The position numbers and the translations under genes are program-made. Shown here piece after piece: positions 57,038 through 64,000 of a stretch of 64,000 nt of DNA. How positions within the stretch are numbered: the stretch's first letter is position 1; each line of letters begins with the position of its first letter. Origin of the DNA: the human T2T-CHM13v2.0 reference genome, Homo sapiens. The notes under the pieces are model-generated. The model was given only the letters and a program-made list of their open reading frames with translations. It was not told the origin of the DNA and made no database searches. The stretch lies in NCBI RefSeq assembly GCF_009914755.1, contig NC_060941.1; one strand, written 5' to 3'.

Positions 57038-58622
57038 TTTGTTTGTTTGTTTGCGTGTTTTTTAATTTTACTTTGTGTTCTGGGATACATGTGCAGAATG
57101 TGCAAGTTTGTTACATAGGTATACATGTGCCCTGGTGGTTTGCTGCACCTATCAACTCATCATCTAGGTTTTAAGCCCCGCATGTATTAGGTATTTGTCC
57201 TAATGCTCTCCCTCCCCTTGGCCACACCCACCGACAGACCCCAGTGTGTGATGCTTCTCTCCCTGTGCCCATGTGTTCTCATTGTTCAACCCCACTTATG
57301 AGTGAGAACATGCAGTGTTTGGTTATATGTTCCTGTGACAGTTTGCTGAGAATGATGGCTTACAGCTTCATCCATGTCCCTGCAAAGGACATGAGCTCAT
57401 TCTGTTTTATGGCTGCGTAGTATTCCATGGTGTATATGTGCCACATTTTCTTTATCCAGCCTATCATTGATGGGCATTTGGGTTGGTTCCAAGTCTTTGC
57501 TATTGTAAACAGTGCTACTATAAACATACATGTGCATGTGTCTTTATAGTAGAATGATTTATAATCCTTTGGGTATATATCCAGTAATGGGATCACTGGG
57601 TCAAATGATATTTCTGGTTCTAGATCCTTGAGGAATCACCACACTGTCTTTCACAACAGTTGAACTAATTTACACTCCCACCAACAGTGTAAAAGCATTC
57701 CTGTTTCTCCACATCCTCTCCAGCATCTGTTGTTTCAGGACTCTCTAATAATTGTCATCCTAAATGGCATGAGATGGTATGTCATTGTGGTTTTGATTTG
57801 CATTTCTCTAATGACCAGTGATGATAATCTTTTTTTCATATGTTTGTTGGCCACATAAATGTCTTCTTTTGAGAAGTGTCTGTTCATATCTTTGCCTACT
57901 TTTTGATGGGGTTGTTTTTTTCTTGTAAATTTATTTAAGTACCTTGTAGATTCTGGATATTAGACCTTTGTCAGAGGGGCAGATTGCAAAAGTTTTCTCC
58001 CAACCTCTAGGTTGCCTCTTCACTCTGATGATAGTTTCTTTTGCTGTGCGGAAGCTCTTTAGTTTGATTAGCTCCCATTTGTCAATTTTGGCTTTTTTTG
58101 CAATTGCTTTTCATGTTTTAGTCATGAAGTCTTTGCCCATGCCTATGTCCTGAATGGTATTGCCTAGGTTTTCTTCTAGGGTTTTTATGGTTTTGGGTTT
58201 CACATTTAAGTTTTTAATCCATCTTGAGTTAATTTTTGTATAAGATGTGATGAAGGGGTTCAGTTTCTGTTTTCTGCATATGGCTAGCCAGTTTTCCCAG
58301 CACTATTTATTAAATAGGGAATCCTTTCCACATTGCTTGTTTTTGTCAGGTTTGTTGAAGATCAGATGGTTGTAAATGTGTGGTGTTACTTCTGAGGTCT
58401 CTGTTCTGTTCCGTTGGTCTATATCTCTGTTTTGGTACCAGTACCATGCTGTTTTGGTTACTATAGCCTTGTAGTATAGTTTGAAGTCAGACAGCATGAT
58501 GCCGCCAGCTTTGTTCTTTTTGCTTAGGATTGTCTTGGCTATACGGGCTCTTTTTTGGTTCTAGATGAAATTTAAATTATTTTTTTCTAATTCTGCCAAG
58601 AAAGTCAATGGTAACTTGATGG
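57038..58622 (-). mobile_element. 5'-truncated L1PA (L1PA8-like)
   Basis: ttttaagccccgcatgtattaggtatttgtcctaatgctctccc; TSD gacaggc[t/c]actg[t/c]ttt at 57022-57037 and 58623-58638. Confidence 0.92.
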
Positions 58623-60613
58623 GACAGGCCACTGCTTTTACCATGAATGTAAACTGTTGGTTTCCAAGACTGCCACAGAGCTGGAGAAGATGGGAATAGG
58701 GCAAGTTAAAATGCCACAAAGCTTGCTGTTCTTACTAAATTTAGCCATTTTTCTTGAATAAAGACATCCTGGATTGCTGCAAGCCTTTGGTTAATATCCC
58801 AGATCCTGAAAAAGTTAATTTTAGCCATTTTTGCTATGGTTCTCTTTGCTGTTATGGAGAAAGGGACTTTTGGAAGTCCTTTCTCTGCCATTCCCATTGA
58901 CGTACTATTTTTTTTTTTAATTTTGAATCTTTATGTGAAATTTTTTTTAGGTGTACCATTTGTAAATGGCTTTTTAGGAATTCTGCTTGGAGAGTCTTTG
59001 TCTTTTATTAGGAAAAGTAAACTTTTGAATATATTGTGCACACAGATATATTCAACCTATAGTTTTGGTTCTGGAATTTGGCAGGCCCAAATGAAATTCT
59101 GATACTGTTACCTACAATCTCTGTGACTTTGGGCACCTTATTTAAATTCCCTGAGTTTATTTTATCATTTATGAAAAGACAATATTAGGACATTAACCTT
59201 ATGACTTCATTTTACATTTTCTATTTATTATGTTTTTTTATTTTTTTATTTTTAAATTATTTTAGATTAATCTTTATTCCACCCTTCCCTCTAATAGTTT
59301 GAAGTTTCCACTTCCTATATCTGTTTTAGTATATGTTACTATAAACAAACACACAGAAGTCTCTACTTGAGTACATAAAATTAGTTTCAAGACATTATTT
59401 AAGACAAGCAATAAAACTATTTAAATTGTTATGATATACTTTGGTGTCTCTATTTTGAGAAAAAGACTTAAGGTGATAATTTCTACTATTTATTGAGTGG
59501 ATACTATGCACAAAACAGAATAGGTACCTTTCATTTGTTGATTAATCTTCACAATTCTAGAAAAAAAGAGTTTTGATAAGTGTCTTTTGATAATGATGAC
59601 ATGAATTCATAGAATTGAAATGAGATTCCCAAAGTCACACAGATTATAGGTAACAATATCAAGATTCCAATTGGGTCTACCAAATTCCAAAACTAAAGCT
59701 ACACTGATTCTCAAATGCTTGTCTCTTTCCATAAGGGTAAAAATTTAAGAGCACAATTAGTTGGGAGGGTCATGCATATTTGTAATAACAAATAACAGAA
59801 AGTTGTCTTTCTTACCATCTTATCTGACAAAATTTTAAATATAGAGGAGAAAAAGAAAACATAATGATAGATGAAAGCTAGAAGAGTGGAAACGGCTACA
59901 GAATAGCCTGGAAGGAAGGGACAGCTGGGGGAGGATGAGAAGGAAGTCAGAGAGACAGAGAAAGTCAACCTATGTTGACTGAAGGGAACAGATGGGAGAT
60001 GAGCAAAGACAAAAGGGGCCATGTGGGTAGGTGTCATCAGTTAGAGGGCAAGTAGCTGGAATTTGATCAATAGACAAGAATTTATTTACTGGACTTCTGG
60101 GCATTGTGGGAGATACAAAAGAACGTAGAGTTATTTTGGGAACAATAATGATGTAGAGAAAACAGATGGCTTGAACTGGGGCATTAATGCTGAAGGAAAA
60201 AGCTAGAGACAGAAGGCAGAAAGAAAGAGGTTAAGGCAATCCCCATGTGAGCCAGCTTGCATATGAATCTGAAATTTTTATGAGAATGGAAAAAAATAAG
60301 TTAGAGAAAACCTCCTATTTGCTATTGAATCAAAGGTAAAGGATTTGTAGATGGAAGAAAAAAGATGCCAGATAACCTCCCTTTCCATTTCTACTTTTGA
60401 GAATGTTATTAAAGATTTATAAAAACATACACATACATACACATTACAGACAATGCTTGGCATCATCCTTCCAAATGTAAATATGTCCATTTAGCTAAAA
60501 CTGGGTAGGGCCTCCTGGACATTACTAAGATTGACTAAGTAGGACCACCTTAAAAGGATCTAGGAAGTCTTTTTGTTTTGAAGAAAGTTGCAGACAAAAC
60601 TTAAAAGGTGCCT

Positions 60614-61581
60614 CAGCAAAAGAAACTATCATCAGAGGGAACAGACAACCTACAGAATGGGCAAAATATTTGCAAACCACGCATTTGAAAAGGTCTGATA
60701 TCCAGCATCTACAAGGAACTTGAACAAATTTATAAGAAAAAACAACAACCCCATTAAAAAGTGGGCAAAAGACATGAACAGACACTTCTCAAAAGATATA
60801 CATGTGGCCAATAAACATGCAAAAAAGCTCAACATCACTGATCATTAGATAAAATCCACAATGAGTTACCATCTCACACCAGTCAGAATGCCTATTACTA
60901 AAAAGTCAAAAAACAACAGATTCTGGCCAGATTGTGGAGAAAACAAAACACTTTTACAGTATTGGTGGGAGTGTAAATTAGTTCAATGATTGTGGAAGAC
61001 AGTATGGTGATTCCTCAAATACCTAGAGGCAGAAATACAATCCCAATACTGGGCATACACCCAAAGGAATATAAACCATTCTATTATAAAGATACATGCA
61101 TGCATATATTCACTGCAGCACTATTCACAACAGCAAAGACACAGAATCAACCTAAATGCCCATCAATGATAGACTGAATAAAGAACATATGGTATATATA
61201 CACCATGGAATACTATGTAGCCATAAAAAGAAATGAGATCATGTTCTTTGTAGGGACATGGATGAAGCTGGAAGCCATTAGCCTCAGCAAACTAATGCAG
61301 GAACAGAAAATCAAATATTACACGTTCTCACTTATAAGTAGGAGCTGGATGATGAGAACACATGGACACATGGCGAGGAACAACACATACTGGGTCCTGT
61401 CAGTGAGTGCGGGCTGGGAAGAGGGAGAGCATCAGGAAGAATAGCTAATGGATGCTGGGCTTAATACCTAGGTAAACGGATAATCTGTGCAGCAAACCAC
61501 CATAGCACACATTTACCTATGTAACAAACCTACACATCCTGCACATGTAGCCACGAACTTAAAAGCTGGAAAAAAAAAAAA
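60614..61581 (+). mobile_element. 5'-truncated older L1PA with polyA tail
   Basis: cagcaaaagaaactatcatcagag...gagagcatcaggaagaatagctaatggatgctgggcttaataccta...polyA at 61570-61581. Confidence 0.88.
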
Positions 61582-62942
61582 GCCTGAGGACATTTAACAA
61601 TATAATGAAGATGAATCTCCATTTCTTAAAGTCAAGGCGAATCAAAGTTAGTTTGTGCTAGCAGACATGGAACCCAGTTCAAAGGCATGAGGATGAAATT
61701 AACTTCTGGGTAGTGCTCTAGTATATTAAATATAATAGACTCTCATATGTGCACTCATTTATTCTAAATTATCTATTGAAAGCCTACAACAACAAAAATA
61801 TTAGCTACTATGAGTCTTCCTAGATACTAGGCTCCTAAATATTTAACGTGATGGGAATCCCAACTACACTGATTTGATCTTTATAAATTATATAAATGTA
61901 CTAAATTATCACATATACCCCAAAATGTGTATATTTATTATATACCAATTTTAAAAATTAAATTTAAAACATCTGAGGGGAAGTGGTGAGAAGGCAGTGA
62001 CATGCTCCAGAGAACGCTGGGCCCAGTGCATCAGAGGCTCTACCAGGGAGACACTTTGCACATAATTACCTTGGCTAGTTATTTCTCTCATTCCTTTGTT
62101 CATCCAATACATATACACATGCCAGGCAGCCAGAGTCTTGATAGCATCAAAATTTCAAGAGCAATACCCACAGTTATTGTGGATGGCTTTTGAATGGCAT
62201 GGCTGATCTGGAAACTGACTTCAGTTGTGACATTGGTGAGGACCTCGTTAGAGATTTCTGAAACAATGGTCAAGTACTAATTGAAGAATGCCAGTAGTGA
62301 GTGCCTTGGTGGGCCCCAGCCAGGGTATCTGGGGTAAGCAGGGATGGACCTATGGGTACAAATTCCCCAAATTTATGCATACTGGGATAGTTCACCAAGC
62401 CTCAGATGGACAGAGGACAGATGCAAGTTAACTGCTACCTCAAGAGATTGGGGCTATGCAGAAGGTAACTTGTGTCTGTCCATCTGAGACAAAGCCTCAC
62501 TTTCTTATATACCCAACAGAAGCCAACATCTAGGTGGATGTAAGTAGAAAAGTCCCAATTATATATACCCAAGAGGAATTGAACAGACCCCCTAGGTTAC
62601 AGAGAGACACTTCCTCACTTGGGATAGAGAAGTAAAGACTTGAGTCGAGGTTCAATCATATATATGTCTGTATGTGAATGAATATGTTTATATAGTAAAT
62701 GGAGGTTGTCGTTTCATTCCTGCCACCAATTAGCTCTGTGGCCATGAGTAAGCTGCTTCCTTTCCCTGGGTTTCAGCTTTCTCATTTAAAACATAAAAAA
62801 AGCTGGGTCTGATAATCTCTAAGGTCCCTACCAGCTCTAATATTGTATTTGGATTCCAGATACTGACTGGAGATGATAAAATTATATGTCAACTTATAAT
62901 TTGTGGTGTAAAAGATATAACATCGGACTTTCCTCTTCTTAG

Positions 62943-63144
62943 GAATTGTCGTGTGAAAATGACGCAACAAATGCAAAATTTACATCTCTGTCAGTCAAAA
63001 AAACATAGTGCTCCCTCATCTCCCAACGCAGCCAAACGCCTGTACAGGAACCTCTCTGAGAAACTGAAAGGGAGCCACTCTTCCTTCGATGAGGCCTATT
63101 TTAGGACAAGAACTGATCGGCTGAGTCTCAGGAAGACCTCGGTG
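62943..63144 (+). CDS. ANKFN1: ANKFN1 internal coding exon (202 nt, phase 2 to phase 0), upstream of the ankyrin repeats
   Basis: Acceptor ctttcctcttcttAG|g at 62941-62942 and donor gtg|GTAACA at 63145. Translates as (W)NCRVKMTQQMQNLHLCQSKKHSAPSSPNAAKRLYRNLSEKLKGSHSSFDEAYFRTRTDRLSLRKTSV (ORF track 62953..63204), recognised as ANKFN1. Confidence 0.95.
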
Positions 63145-64000
63145 GTAACAAAACTGTTTTTATTCTTGTGTCAGTTTGATTTATTCATTTATGTTTGGGT
63201 TTAAGGATATTCTAAGATGATTCATGTTTACTTCAGAAGTTGATGCTTGCAGTTTTATAAATGCTGGAATAGATTCAGGTAGGGTAGTAACTGTACATAT
63301 TTATGTTGTTAGACAAAGTCTGAGTGATTGTGAGCTGTTTCTCTTTCTTTTTGTTTCTTTTTCTTCTCTCTTAATTTTTATTTCACCACTACACCAAAAA
63401 ATAAATAAACCTCAAAAAAAAAAGCAGCTTGACAACTATGAAGTCTCAGGTTAAATGGGCTTTCTGAGAGTTCCAGTGTTCATTCAAATAATGATATTAT
63501 TACTTATTTCTGATGTATACCACACATTCTTTCCAAAGGCATTCAAAATAGAATCCAAAGAATGCACATGTATTATATGATAGACAAAGAGAGAGGAGGA
63601 AGGAAGGAAAGTAAGGGAAAAATATAAAAAAAAAACAACTAGGAAAAGAAAATATTGGGTATAAGAATAAAAATAGATATATCAAAAACTCTAGGCAAAT
63701 ATAGTACCTGTACCTGAAATTTATCATTACATTCATCTCTGACTTCCCAGAAAGTCAAAGCAGAAAAAGAAACACAATTGGTTATAGCATCCCATCTGTT
63801 GATAACTAAAAATGTCTCAGTCCATCAGGAGGAATGAATATTCACCTGTTGCTCAGTCCTCTGGACCTTGTAGATGTCATAGTGAGTTATGTAATAGAGA
63901 ATGGCGTAAATAGTGGAACTCATGATGTTACAGGTATTCTCATATAATAGTTTCTCAGAACAGCCCTCAGTAAAAGCTGAGAGCATAATATTAACATGCT

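Noticed and set aside
62953-63204. ORF-track extension of the ANKFN1 exon past 63144 (VTKLFLFLCQF...)
   Set aside because: Read-through into intron beyond the GT donor; the recognised ANKFN1 sequence continues in a downstream exon outside the window.

Overview
Primate (human-like) genomic DNA lying inside the + strand gene ANKFN1 (mWAKE/Nmf9, the Drosophila wide awake/banderuola family). Two coding exons are visible: 38380-38514 (135 nt, IGRRFACFAQRLSHRRKQSQCDLLNESTGQLPTTCSSAASNSINW) and 62943-63144 (202 nt, NCRVKMTQQMQNLHLCQ...RLSLRKTSV). They splice in frame through canonical AG/GT sites. The rest is inferred to be intron and is dense in Alu, L1PA/L1M, L2, MIR, MaLR LTR and DNA-transposon fossils. 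All long ORFs in the track are L1 ORF2 fragments or repeat artefacts. No multi-gene novel system is evident. The most unusual signals are: (1) a perfect 143/143-bp inverted repeat of apparently unique DNA (40338-40480 / 43345-43487) enclosing 2.9 kb of old repeats; (2) a candidate frame-preserving 9-nt (or 6-nt) ANKFN1 microexon at 33429-33437; (3) a ~1-kb polyadenylated insertion with an 18-bp TSD and no young retroelement (orphan transduction or retrocopy, 200-1269); (4) L1 mechanistic relics, namely a twin-primed inversion and a short 3' transduction. Repeat subfamily names and most repeat boundaries are by-eye recognition and approximate.
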